Made by a program: the position numbers and the translations under genes
In this document: in pieces, positions 1 to 8,469 of the stretch
Numbering within the stretch: the first letter of the stretch is position 1
Layout: every line of letters begins with the position of its first letter
Origin: an uncultured Erysipelotrichaceae bacterium
Lineage (GTDB): Bacteria; Bacillota_I; Bacilli_A; Erysipelotrichales; Erysipelotrichaceae
NCBI GenBank assembly: GCA_942492995.1
Contig: OW818653.1
Span: forward strand, 480,001 to 512,000
DNA: 32,000 bases
Direction: 5' to 3'
Notes under the pieces: model-generated
What the model was told of the DNA's origin: nothing
What the model saw: the letters and a program-made list of their open reading frames with translations, nothing else
Database searches by the model: none

Positions 1-1
1 T

Positions 2-874
2 ATGGTGTATGGTGCGTCTGCAGCGGGAGCTCGCGTTATGACTTCATCATCATCACCGGGTTTAGCTCTTAAACAAGAAGGTATTTCTTACTGTGCAGGA
101 GCAGAATTACCAGCAGTAATCGTAAGTATCAGTCGTGGCGGACCTGGATTGGGTGGTATTTTACCTGCTCAAGGGGACTATAATCAGGCAACGCGAGGCG
201 GTGGTAATGGGGATTATCATGTGATAGTTTTAGCCCCAAATGGAGTCCAAGAAGCGACAGATATGGTACGCAAAGCATTCTATCTTGCGGATAAATATCG
301 TAATCCTGTTATTGTGATGGCAGATGGTGTTATTGGACAAATGATGGAACCTGTTGAAATAAATAATGAAATTGTTCAAACATTTGAAAAACCATGGGCA
401 AGTGATGGGAACTTAAGTCGTGGTTCACGTAATGTCATAAATTCACTTTTCTTAAATCCAAATAAACTTGAACAACATAATATCGATTTAAGACACAAGT
501 ATGATGTGATTGAAGAAAACGAAGTGGAATTCGAATGCAGTATGTGCGATGATGCGGATGTTTTATTGGTTGCGTATGGGACACCATCACGTATTGTAAA
601 ATCAGCGATTAATCAATTAAGAGAAGAAGGAATTAAAGCAGGGTTATTTAGACCTAAGACACTTTATCCTTTTCCATATAAACAATTAAAAGAAGCTTCA
701 AAGAATAAGAAATTCGTTCTATGTGCAGAGTTATCCATGGGTCAAATGATTCAAGATGTAAAACTTGCGGTAGAAGGAAGTTTACCCGTCCATTTCTATG
801 GTAGAGCTGGTGGTATTGTGTTTGAACCGATTGAAATTGTTAATGCGGTTAAAAAGAATTTAGGAGGACAATAA
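2..874 (+). CDS. 2-oxoacid:ferredoxin oxidoreductase, alpha subunit (KorA/VorB-like), 5'-truncated by window edge
   Basis: Open from the window edge. The translation (AGAELPAVIV..SRGGPGLG..PAQGDY.Q) resembles the alpha subunit of 2-oxoglutarate/2-ketoisovalerate:ferredoxin oxidoreductases. It is followed 1 nt later by the TPP-binding beta subunit. Confidence 0.85.
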   Translation: MVYGASAAGARVMTSSSSPGLALKQEGISYCAGAELPAVIVSISRGGPGLGGILPAQGDYNQATRGGGNGDYHVIVLAPNGVQEATDMVRKAFYLADKYRNPVIVMADGVIGQMMEPVEINNEIVQTFEKPWASDGNLSRGSRNVINSLFLNPNKLEQHNIDLRHKYDVIEENEVEFECSMCDDADVLLVAYGTPSRIVKSAINQLREEGIKAGLFRPKTLYPFPYKQLKEASKNKKFVLCAELSMGQMIQDVKLAVEGSLPVHFYGRAGGIVFEPIEIVNAVKKNLGGQ

Positions 875-875
875 T

Positions 876-1622
876 ATGACAGTCATCTTTAAAAAGACTA
901 AAGGATTAACGGATGCGCCATTTAGTTATTGTCCAGGTTGCACACATGGAATAATCCATCGTTTAGTAGCAGAATGTTTGGAAGAACTTGAAATATTAGA
1001 TCGTTCAATCGTAATTGCGTCAGTTGGATGTTCAGTTATGAGTTATGAATACTTCAATTGTGATGCGATTCAAGCGGCTCATGGTCGTGCTCCTGCAGTT
1101 GCGACGGGTGTTAAACGTGTCAGACCTGAATCAATCGTATTTACCTATCAAGGAGATGGTGATTTAGCTTCAATTGGTACTGCAGAGATTGTACAAGCTG
1201 CCCATCGTGGTGAGAATATTACTGTAATATTTGTAAATAATGCGATCTATGGAATGACAGGTGGTCAAATGGCTCCTACAACGTTACCCAATCAAATCAC
1301 CACAACTTCACCATATGGAAGAGATTCACATTTAACAGGTGAACCAATTAGAATATCTGAAATGATGGCTACGATTCCTGGTACTTATTATGTAGAACGC
1401 GTTATGGCGGCTGATCCTGTAAGTGTTCGTAAGGCTAAAATAGCGATTAAAAAAGCATTTAAGAATCAAGTCGATCATAAAGGATTTAGTATGGTTGAAG
1501 TATTATCATCCTGTAATATTGGTTGGGGATTAAGTCCAAATGATGCCTTAGAATACATTAAAAAGGATATGGCTTCATATTTTCCACTCGGTGTTTATAA
1601 GGATAAAGGAGCTAATCAATGA
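876..1622 (+). CDS. 2-oxoacid:ferredoxin oxidoreductase, beta (TPP-binding) subunit
   Basis: AGGAGG RBS at 862-868. CPGC..H motif near the N-terminus and GDGD...NN..YGMTGGQ TPP-binding motif. 248 aa. Confidence 0.9.
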   Translation: MTVIFKKTKGLTDAPFSYCPGCTHGIIHRLVAECLEELEILDRSIVIASVGCSVMSYEYFNCDAIQAAHGRAPAVATGVKRVRPESIVFTYQGDGDLASIGTAEIVQAAHRGENITVIFVNNAIYGMTGGQMAPTTLPNQITTTSPYGRDSHLTGEPIRISEMMATIPGTYYVERVMAADPVSVRKAKIAIKKAFKNQVDHKGFSMVEVLSSCNIGWGLSPNDALEYIKKDMASYFPLGVYKDKGANQ

Positions 1623-2155
1623 AATCTGTGAAACTCGTATGTGCAGGATTTGGTGGACAAGGTGTATTATCAGTCGGTCAACTTGTCGCAATGATGGCCA
1701 TGGAAAAAGGATTAGCGGTTAGTTGGATGCCTTCGTATGGACCTGAAATGCGTGGTGGTACTGCGAATTGTCATGTCGTAATCGATGATTTAGAAGTTAG
1801 TTCACCAATTATTGCGGATGGTATAACGCATTTACTCGCAATGAATCAACCTGCATTGGATAAATTCTTATCTAAATGTACAAGTGATGCGAAGATAGTA
1901 CTTAATTCATCTTTAATAAAGGATTACCATATTCCAGAATCAATGAATGTAATTCCAATGGATTTTAACCAAATTGCACAAGATGTTGGTAATTTAAAAG
2001 TTCAAAATATGGCTGCACTTGGTGCACTTACTAAAACAATCTCTGAGTTTAAATTCGAAGATGGTTTGAATATAATTGAGACTAAATTTGGATTAAAAGA
2101 TAAAACAATTACAGAGCTAAATCAAAAAGCTTATACAATCGGATATGAAAAATAG
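1619..2155 (+). CDS. 2-oxoacid:ferredoxin oxidoreductase, gamma subunit
   Basis: ATGA start/stop overlap with the beta subunit. The 178-aa protein has GFGGQGV and SYGPEMRGG motifs typical of the gamma subunit/domain. Confidence 0.85.
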   Translation: MKSVKLVCAGFGGQGVLSVGQLVAMMAMEKGLAVSWMPSYGPEMRGGTANCHVVIDDLEVSSPIIADGITHLLAMNQPALDKFLSKCTSDAKIVLNSSLIKDYHIPESMNVIPMDFNQIAQDVGNLKVQNMAALGALTKTISEFKFEDGLNIIETKFGLKDKTITELNQKAYTIGYEK

Positions 2156-2179
2156 TTCACGTAAGTGAGCTATTTTTTT
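2154..2179. terminator. Bidirectional intrinsic terminator between the kor gamma gene and the convergent tetR gene
   Basis: 7-bp stem AGTTCAC / GTGAGCT (one G-U pair) with a GTAA loop. A T-run follows on the + strand (2173-2179) and a T-rich tract on the - strand. Confidence 0.6.
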
Positions 2180-2844
2180 ATGTTATAGTATTCATCCCCA
2201 ACTTTTAAAAGTTGAATGAATAGATTTAGATAATTCTCAAGCACCCATTTTAGGTTCTCATCATCACCTAATTCTTGTGCTTTCTCAAACGATTGAGAAA
2301 TTCCCGCAAACAATGAATTCGCTAACATATCACAGAGTAATATACTCTTTTGATCATCAACCCCAACATTTGGGAACCATCGTTTAATAATATGTGAAAT
2401 TAATTTATTAATCCAATCTACAATCTGGTTATTTATTTTCGAATATCTAAATAAGATTAGTAATTCTTTTTTTCGTTTCAAGAAGATTTTTACGAGATCT
2501 TTACTCATCAATTTTATCTGTGAATGAAAGTATTCATTACGATTCGCTAAGAGATAAGCATCGACTTCAATAGGGAACTCAATAAGTGGAATAATCGTTT
2601 GATTTAATGCGTATACAGTATCCGAAACAAGTGCGCTGAATAAATCCTCTTTATCTTTGTAATAGTGATATAAGTTTCCAACAGTCATATTCGCATTTTG
2701 AGCAATCTTACGCATCGAGGCATCATTAAACCCATGTAGAAAAAATTCATCTAATGCGGACTTTAAAATTAACTCACGATATTCTTGTTTAAGTACTTGT
2801 GCCATATTATTAGTATACATACGTTCATCTTTTAACACAAGCAA
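2170..2844 (-). CDS. TetR/AcrR-family transcriptional regulator
   Basis: N-terminal HTH signature (ILKSALDEFFLHGFNDASMRKIAQNANMTVGNLYHYYKDKEDLF). The longest ORF begins with TTG at 2844. No start has a good SD. ATG at 2805 (MAQVLKQEY..) gives the usual TetR N-terminal length, so the 5' end is uncertain. Confidence 0.85.
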   Translation of the reverse strand: MLVLKDERMYTNNMAQVLKQEYRELILKSALDEFFLHGFNDASMRKIAQNANMTVGNLYHYYKDKEDLFSALVSDTVYALNQTIIPLIEFPIEVDAYLLANRNEYFHSQIKLMSKDLVKIFLKRKKELLILFRYSKINNQIVDWINKLISHIIKRWFPNVGVDDQKSILLCDMLANSLFAGISQSFEKAQELGDDENLKWVLENYLNLFIQLLKVGDEYYNIKK

Positions 2845-2910
2845 ACTAACTTGTTATATTGATATGTAAAGGCTATGCTTAAGATATAAAGATTTTTCTG
2901 GGTATATTAC

Positions 2911-2938
2911 TTGTCAAATTTTATTAGCAATCTATAAT
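2911..2938 (+). promoter_or_regulatory. Sigma-70-type promoter for the DUF1295 operon
   Basis: TTGTCA (2911-2916), 16-nt spacer, TATAAT (2933-2938), about 24 nt upstream of the ATG at 2962. The flanking copies TAACTTGT (2850 region) and TTACTTGT (2908-2915) could be TetR operator half-sites. Confidence 0.45.
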
Positions 2939-2961
2939 TAAATCAAAAAGAGGGTAAGACC

Positions 2962-3723
2962 ATGGAACACTTAATAATCTTAACTATATTATGGTTATAT
3001 TTTACAATATGGTACGTTGGCACAAGTATGGTTAAAAACTCTTCACTAATCGATATCGCATGGGGATTGGGTTTTGTGATTGTATCGATTGTGACACAAT
3101 TATTGTATGGAGATACAACCACTTGGATATTCGTAGTATTAGTAGGTTTATGGGGATTACGTTTGTCCTATCATATATTTTTACGTAACTGGGGTAAACC
3201 TGAAGATTTCAGATATACGAATTTTCGTAATGAATGGGGTAAATCGTATGCACTACGATCATACTTTCAGTTATTCTTATTGCAGGGTTTATTAACGTAT
3301 ATCATTAGTTTAGCGTTCTTTATGGCTCAACAAAACACTCTAATCTCTTATCCACTCGTGATTAGTGGTGTATTAATTTATATCATTGGATATTTGTTTG
3401 AAAGTATTGGCGATGCACAATTAAAACGACATATTGAAACAAGTAAAACAAAATCGATTATCCAATCAGGATTATGGAAGTATACGCGACATCCTAATTA
3501 TTTTGGGGAGGCAGTATTATGGTGGGGAATTTTCATTGTGGCATTAGGGTTTGGGGCACCACTATGGACGATCATTAGTCCAATCGCGATTAACTTCTTT
3601 ATCCGATATGTATCAGGTGTACCATTATTAGAAAAGAGAATGGAAAAGTATCCTGAGTTTGCGGAATATGCGTCTAAAACAGCGATTTTTATTCCATTTA
3701 TTAACATAAAAAGGGGAAATTAA
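2962..3723 (+). CDS. DUF1295-family polytopic membrane protein (steroid 5-alpha-reductase / ICMT-like fold)
   Basis: Multi-TM protein with the C-terminal GLWKYTRHPNYFGE..WWG signature of the DUF1295/ICMT-like superfamily. RBS AGAGGG lies upstream. Confidence 0.8.
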   Translation: MEHLIILTILWLYFTIWYVGTSMVKNSSLIDIAWGLGFVIVSIVTQLLYGDTTTWIFVVLVGLWGLRLSYHIFLRNWGKPEDFRYTNFRNEWGKSYALRSYFQLFLLQGLLTYIISLAFFMAQQNTLISYPLVISGVLIYIIGYLFESIGDAQLKRHIETSKTKSIIQSGLWKYTRHPNYFGEAVLWWGIFIVALGFGAPLWTIISPIAINFFIRYVSGVPLLEKRMEKYPEFAEYASKTAIFIPFINIKRGN

Positions 3724-3724
3724 T

Positions 3725-4123
3725 ATGAAATGGTTATTGTATTATGGGATTACATTAACAGTATTTATGGTGATTGATTTAATTTGGTTAGGCTTTATTG
3801 CGAAAGATTTATATTCTAAGTATCTTGGTTATTTAATGTCAGATAAGGTGAATTGGTTAGCAGCACTTGTATTCTATTTAATTTTTATTGGTGGAGTTTG
3901 TTACTTCGTGCTATACCCAAGTTTATTAGATCAGAACATAACAAACCTATTGATACGAGCTGCTTTATTCGGTTTTATAACGTATGCGACGTATGATTTA
4001 ACGAATCTTGCGACGATTAAAGATTGGCCAATTAATATAACGATTATTGATTTGATTTGGGGTACTACATTATCAACGAGTGTAAGTGTTATTTCATATT
4101 TTATAATTAATTTATTGGGGTAA
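3725..4123 (+). CDS. Small 4-TM membrane protein, DUF2177-like
   Basis: 132 aa, four hydrophobic segments. The N-terminus (..VIDLIWLGFIAKDLY) resembles DUF2177 as I recall it. It starts 1 nt after the DUF1295 stop, with RBS AAGGGGA. Confidence 0.6.
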   Translation: MKWLLYYGITLTVFMVIDLIWLGFIAKDLYSKYLGYLMSDKVNWLAALVFYLIFIGGVCYFVLYPSLLDQNITNLLIRAALFGFITYATYDLTNLATIKDWPINITIIDLIWGTTLSTSVSVISYFIINLLG

Positions 4124-4128
4124 GAAAC

Positions 4129-5895
4129 ATGCTAATTAACGGACATGAGTTATATTCTTATATTGTTTCAGGCGCAAAAAACGTCATTGTGAATGAACAA
4201 AATCTTAATCGATTGAATGTTTTTCCTGTGCCTGATGGAGATACAGGGACAAATCTTGCGCTCACTATGACATCAATTTTGCAGGGTGCAGAGAAAAATG
4301 AAGATGCTGGACAAACAATGTTAAAAATAGCACGTTTGTCGATTGATAATGCCTATGGGAATTCAGGTATGATTTTTGCGCAATATTTCAACGGTTGGTC
4401 TCAAGCGATTGAGTCAAAATCGAGTTTATCACCAAGTGAATTGATTGAAAGTTTAAGATTTGCGGCGCAACATACCATTAAATCGGTAACACATCCTAAA
4501 GAAGGCACAATACTTACCGTTATGCGTGAATGGGCAAATAATTTTGATTCACGGGTAGATGAGGACTATGAAGCAATTTTCGAAACATCTCTAAAATCTT
4601 TACAAGATGGCGTTAATCAAACCAAGCAACAATTAAAAGTATTAAGAGACAACAATGTAGTGGATGCGGGTGCTCAAGCATTTTACTACTTCATTGAAGG
4701 TATTGTTCGATTTATCAAGAATCATAATCTAGAAGATCTTGAATATAAAGCCGCTATTCTAGATATTATCGAAGAGGATTTCAAGAGTGTTGATGTAGGT
4801 GATTATCGTTATTGTGCACAGTATTTAATTAAATCAGATAAATCTCAAGAGGAAATCGCTAATTTATTAGAAAAATTCGGAGATTCTGTTGTAGTGAATA
4901 AGAATGATTCACATATAAATATCCATTTACATACTAATGAACCTAATGTTGTAATGGGATTATTAGTCAAAGATAACGAAGTGCTATCGCATAAAGCAGA
5001 TGATATGTGGCTTCAAGCAAACCTTATTCATAAGAAGAAAGCCAAGATGGTTATCATTACTGATTCAATAGCGGATTTACCTAAACAATTCATGGATGAT
5101 GAACACTGTGTGTTGTTACCTTTAAATCTAATTATTGACTCTGTTGTATATATGGATAAAGTTACGATTCAAGCTAAAGAATTTTATGAAAATTTAGATA
5201 ATTATCATTATAATCCTAGTTCATCTCAAGCAAATCCTAAATCAATTGAAAGAGCATTTAATCAAGTTTTACAACATTACGATGAAGTTATTGGAATTTT
5301 CGTATCATCTAAAATGAGTGGAACATATGACAATATACGTAAATCACTTAATAAACTTAAAACAGAAGGGAAACGAATCGAAATTATCGATTCTAAGAGT
5401 AATTCTGTTACAGAGGGATTACTGGTTTATGAAGCACTTAAACTTAAAAAAGAGGGTAAATCGTTTGATGAAATCGTAGATCGATTAAATACAATTATTC
5501 CGAATTTAAGAATATATGTAAGTGTAAAGGATTTGAAATATATGTTAAAGGGAGGAAGAGTTTCAAAAGTTACTGGATTTATACTTTATAAATTGAAACT
5601 TCAACCAGTTATATCAATTGATCCAGATGGAAAAGGAATTATTCCATTCAAATCACTTAATCAAAAGAGTGCAATACGTTCTATTTTGAATTGTATACGT
5701 AAAGATGAATTAGAGACTGGAATCGAATCGTATGCATTAGTTTATTCTGATAATCCTAGTGATTTGAATGAATTTAGCAAGAGTGTTAAATCTATTTTAA
5801 ATAGAGAACCAGAATATATTGAATCGATTTCCCCAATTGTTGGACTTAATGCAGGTAAAGGCGCAATAGCGATTGGATATATTAAAAAGTCATAA
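4129..5895 (+). CDS. DhaL/Dak2 (FakA N-terminal + central domain)-DegV (FakB-like) fusion protein; putative single-chain fatty-acid kinase/binding protein
   Basis: Residues 1-200 carry the Dak2 motif VPDGDTGTN (DGDTG at nt 4234-4248) and GNSG. Residues about 225-275 resemble the FakA central region (YRYCAQY..FGDSVVV..INIHLHTNEP). From residue about 307 (nt about 5047) there is a complete DegV domain (VIITDSIADLP ... SSSQANP ... VSSKMSGTY). Confidence 0.8.
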   Translation: MLINGHELYSYIVSGAKNVIVNEQNLNRLNVFPVPDGDTGTNLALTMTSILQGAEKNEDAGQTMLKIARLSIDNAYGNSGMIFAQYFNGWSQAIESKSSLSPSELIESLRFAAQHTIKSVTHPKEGTILTVMREWANNFDSRVDEDYEAIFETSLKSLQDGVNQTKQQLKVLRDNNVVDAGAQAFYYFIEGIVRFIKNHNLEDLEYKAAILDIIEEDFKSVDVGDYRYCAQYLIKSDKSQEEIANLLEKFGDSVVVNKNDSHINIHLHTNEPNVVMGLLVKDNEVLSHKADDMWLQANLIHKKKAKMVIITDSIADLPKQFMDDEHCVLLPLNLIIDSVVYMDKVTIQAKEFYENLDNYHYNPSSSQANPKSIERAFNQVLQHYDEVIGIFVSSKMSGTYDNIRKSLNKLKTEGKRIEIIDSKSNSVTEGLLVYEALKLKKEGKSFDEIVDRLNTIIPNLRIYVSVKDLKYMLKGGRVSKVTGFILYKLKLQPVISIDPDGKGIIPFKSLNQKSAIRSILNCIRKDELETGIESYALVYSDNPSDLNEFSKSVKSILNREPEYIESISPIVGLNAGKGAIAIGYIKKS

Positions 5896-5929
5896 TTGTA
5901 TAAAAAAATAATGAAAGTCTGTGTGATAG

Positions 5930-7639
5930 ATGTTATTATTTTTCTGGACGGTGACTTTCATGTTAAATGACATCTTAGGTAATATTGTCGTAAATATTGC
6001 CATACTAATGATAATTGGATATATCTTACCGAAAATGAAGTTTTTTAGAAAAACTGTTTTTGAGCATCAAAAAAGCACAATTGAGAAAGTATTTTTGGGT
6101 ATTCTATTTGGTTGTATAGGGATACTTGCGACATATACAGGTATTAGAATTAATGGCGCAATCGCAAATACACGAGTTATTGGTGTTATAGCGGGTGGTT
6201 TTTTAGGTGGTCCTTTAGTTGGTGTATTAGCGGGAATAATTGCTGGTGTACATCGCTTTGCGATTGATATAAATGGGTTTACTGGATTAGCTTGTGCAAT
6301 TTCTACGATTACTGAAGGTCTAATTGGAGGATTCATGTATAAACGAATTCGATCAAGTAAACATAAGTATCGATTGATTTTTTATACGACATTTGTGGCA
6401 GAGATCATACAGATGTTAATTATTCTATTAATCGCTAGACCATATTCTGACGCATTAGAATTAGTTAAAGTAATTTCAGTTCCGATGATTGTTTTAAATT
6501 CGATAGGTGTAGTTATATTCGTTGATGGTATCTATACAGTACAAAAGAACCTTGATCAACAATCTGCTCTTCATTTAAAACTGGCGTTTGATTTAGCTGA
6601 AATGTGTTTACCATATTTACGTAAAGGTTTAAATCATGTTAAGAGTATGCAGGAAACGGTCAAAACAATTTGGTCTAATTCTGAATCATATGCTGTATTA
6701 ATCAGTGATCAAAATCATGTTATTGCTTATGCAGGTGAGAATATTTTAAAATTACCAGAGTTTGATACAATGTTCGATATTGAGTTAAAACACTGTATGA
6801 ATACGAATAAGACAATAATATTACATGAAGATGAGCTTCGAAGATATAAGTTAAATCAAGCGTTTAAACGTATATTGATTGCGCCTCTGGTTAGAAATAA
6901 TAATGTGATTGGAACATTGAGTATTTGTGATCAGAAATTTAAAGAGAAAATTGAGACGGATTTGGAATTTATAAATGGTTTAACGAGTTTATTTTCTGCT
7001 CAACTTGAATTATCTGAAATAGATTATCAAAAGAAATTACTTGAAAAGGCTGAACTAAAAGCTTTACAATACCAAATAAATCCTCATTTTCTATTTAATG
7101 CATTAAATACTATAAGCGCATATTGTCGAGAAAATCCCGATCGTGCTAGATCGCTTCTATTAGCATTATCTTCATATTTTAGAAACACATTATCTACGCA
7201 CAAAGAGATGATAGATATACATGAAGAAATTGAACATGTATTATCTTATTTAGAGATTGAAAAAGCCCGTTTTGAAGATCGACTTGAAGTTATTATCGAT
7301 GTTTCCCCAGATTTACATTTTTTAGTTCCGAACTTTATTTTACAACCACTAATCGAGAATTCGATTAAACATGGTATGAAGAGTACATTAAAAGTTGAAA
7401 TTAAAATTGTTGAAGTTAAGGATGTATTACATATTACGATTATAGATAATGGTAATGGTATTCAGAAACATATTATAGATAATTTATATAAGAACCAACA
7501 AGATAAAGATAAAATTGGATTAGCGAATACGCATCATCGATTAAAGAGCATTTATCCAAATAACGTTGGATTAGTAATTCAAAGTGTGCCTGAAGTACAG
7601 ACTACAATATCTATGAATATTCCGAAATTAGGTATCTAA
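5930..7639 (+). CDS. LytS/BtsS-type sensor histidine kinase (5TMR-LYT + GAF-like + His_kinase + HATPase)
   Basis: N-terminal polytopic region with Gly-rich TMs, then the QINPHFLFNALNTI phospho-acceptor box of the LytS/YpdA/YehU family and an N-box (QPLIENSIKHG). The true start may be ATG 5960 (MLNDILGN...). Confidence 0.9.
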   Translation: MLLFFWTVTFMLNDILGNIVVNIAILMIIGYILPKMKFFRKTVFEHQKSTIEKVFLGILFGCIGILATYTGIRINGAIANTRVIGVIAGGFLGGPLVGVLAGIIAGVHRFAIDINGFTGLACAISTITEGLIGGFMYKRIRSSKHKYRLIFYTTFVAEIIQMLIILLIARPYSDALELVKVISVPMIVLNSIGVVIFVDGIYTVQKNLDQQSALHLKLAFDLAEMCLPYLRKGLNHVKSMQETVKTIWSNSESYAVLISDQNHVIAYAGENILKLPEFDTMFDIELKHCMNTNKTIILHEDELRRYKLNQAFKRILIAPLVRNNNVIGTLSICDQKFKEKIETDLEFINGLTSLFSAQLELSEIDYQKKLLEKAELKALQYQINPHFLFNALNTISAYCRENPDRARSLLLALSSYFRNTLSTHKEMIDIHEEIEHVLSYLEIEKARFEDRLEVIIDVSPDLHFLVPNFILQPLIENSIKHGMKSTLKVEIKIVEVKDVLHITIIDNGNGIQKHIIDNLYKNQQDKDKIGLANTHHRLKSIYPNNVGLVIQSVPEVQTTISMNIPKLGI

Positions 7640-7640
7640 T

Positions 7641-8360
7641 ATGAAACTATTAATTGTGGATGATGAAAGAATATCAAGAAGTGAGTTGAAATTTTTAATC
7701 AAAGAAGAAGTAAATAATATCGAAATTCTTGAAGCAGATAGTGTCGAGAGTGCAATTGGTATCATAAAAAACATTGAGTTAGACGGTGTATTTTTAGATA
7801 TGCAGTTACCTGATGGAATTGGTATGGATATTGGTCGATTTATCGATGAAAATTTCGGAGATAAGATTCCAATTGTGTTTGCGACTGCATATGATCGATA
7901 TGCGGTTGATGCATTTTCGATTAGTGCCGTTGATTATGTCATGAAACCATTTAGAAAAGAAGAAGTGTTACGTGCATTAAATCGTATGATGAAAGTTCAA
8001 CCTAAAACAAATGTCCCGATGTGTCCGGCAGACAAATTGACGGTTTGTACACACGAGAAAGTTATTGTATTAAACATACAGGAAATAACATATATTACAG
8101 CTTTAGATAAACATTCAATTGTAAATACGATAAAAGGGGAATATACGACGCATCTATCTTTGGATAAGTTAGAAGAACGCTTACAAAATTGTGGATTCAT
8201 GCGTGTACAGAGAAGTTATATTGTGAATTTAAATATGGTGAATGAATTTGTACCTTGGTTTAATAATACATATGGTATGAAATTAATTGGTTTTAATCAA
8301 AAAGTAATCCCAATTAGTCGAAATAAGGTAGCACAACTAAAAACTCTATTTGATTTTTAA
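7641..8360 (+). CDS. LytTR-family response regulator (LytT/BtsR-like)
   Basis: REC domain (LIVDDE ... D at FLDMQLPDG) plus a C-terminal LytTR domain (F.RVQRSYIVNL). It starts 1 nt after the kinase stop. Confidence 0.9.
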   Translation: MKLLIVDDERISRSELKFLIKEEVNNIEILEADSVESAIGIIKNIELDGVFLDMQLPDGIGMDIGRFIDENFGDKIPIVFATAYDRYAVDAFSISAVDYVMKPFRKEEVLRALNRMMKVQPKTNVPMCPADKLTVCTHEKVIVLNIQEITYITALDKHSIVNTIKGEYTTHLSLDKLEERLQNCGFMRVQRSYIVNLNMVNEFVPWFNNTYGMKLIGFNQKVIPISRNKVAQLKTLFDF

Positions 8361-8361
8361 A

Positions 8362-8393
8362 GCGGGATTTATACATTTCATCCCGTTTTTTTT
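8362..8393 (+). terminator. Intrinsic terminator after the LytTR regulator gene
   Basis: Stem GCGGGAT (8362-8368) / ATCCCGT (8380-8386), 11-nt loop, then a T8 run to 8393. Confidence 0.65.
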
Positions 8394-8400
8394 ACATCTC

Positions 8401-8454
8401 GTCCATTTTGTAAGCGTTATCAAACAAAAATAAATATAATATGACTGTCCATTT
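8401..8454 (+). promoter_or_regulatory. Candidate activator-dependent cstA promoter with flanking GTCCATTT direct repeat
   Basis: Perfect TATAAT at 8435-8440 with no good -35 hexamer. GTCCATTT occurs at 8401-8408 and 8447-8454. Confidence 0.3.
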
Positions 8455-8469
8455 AAAAGGAGGATAGTT

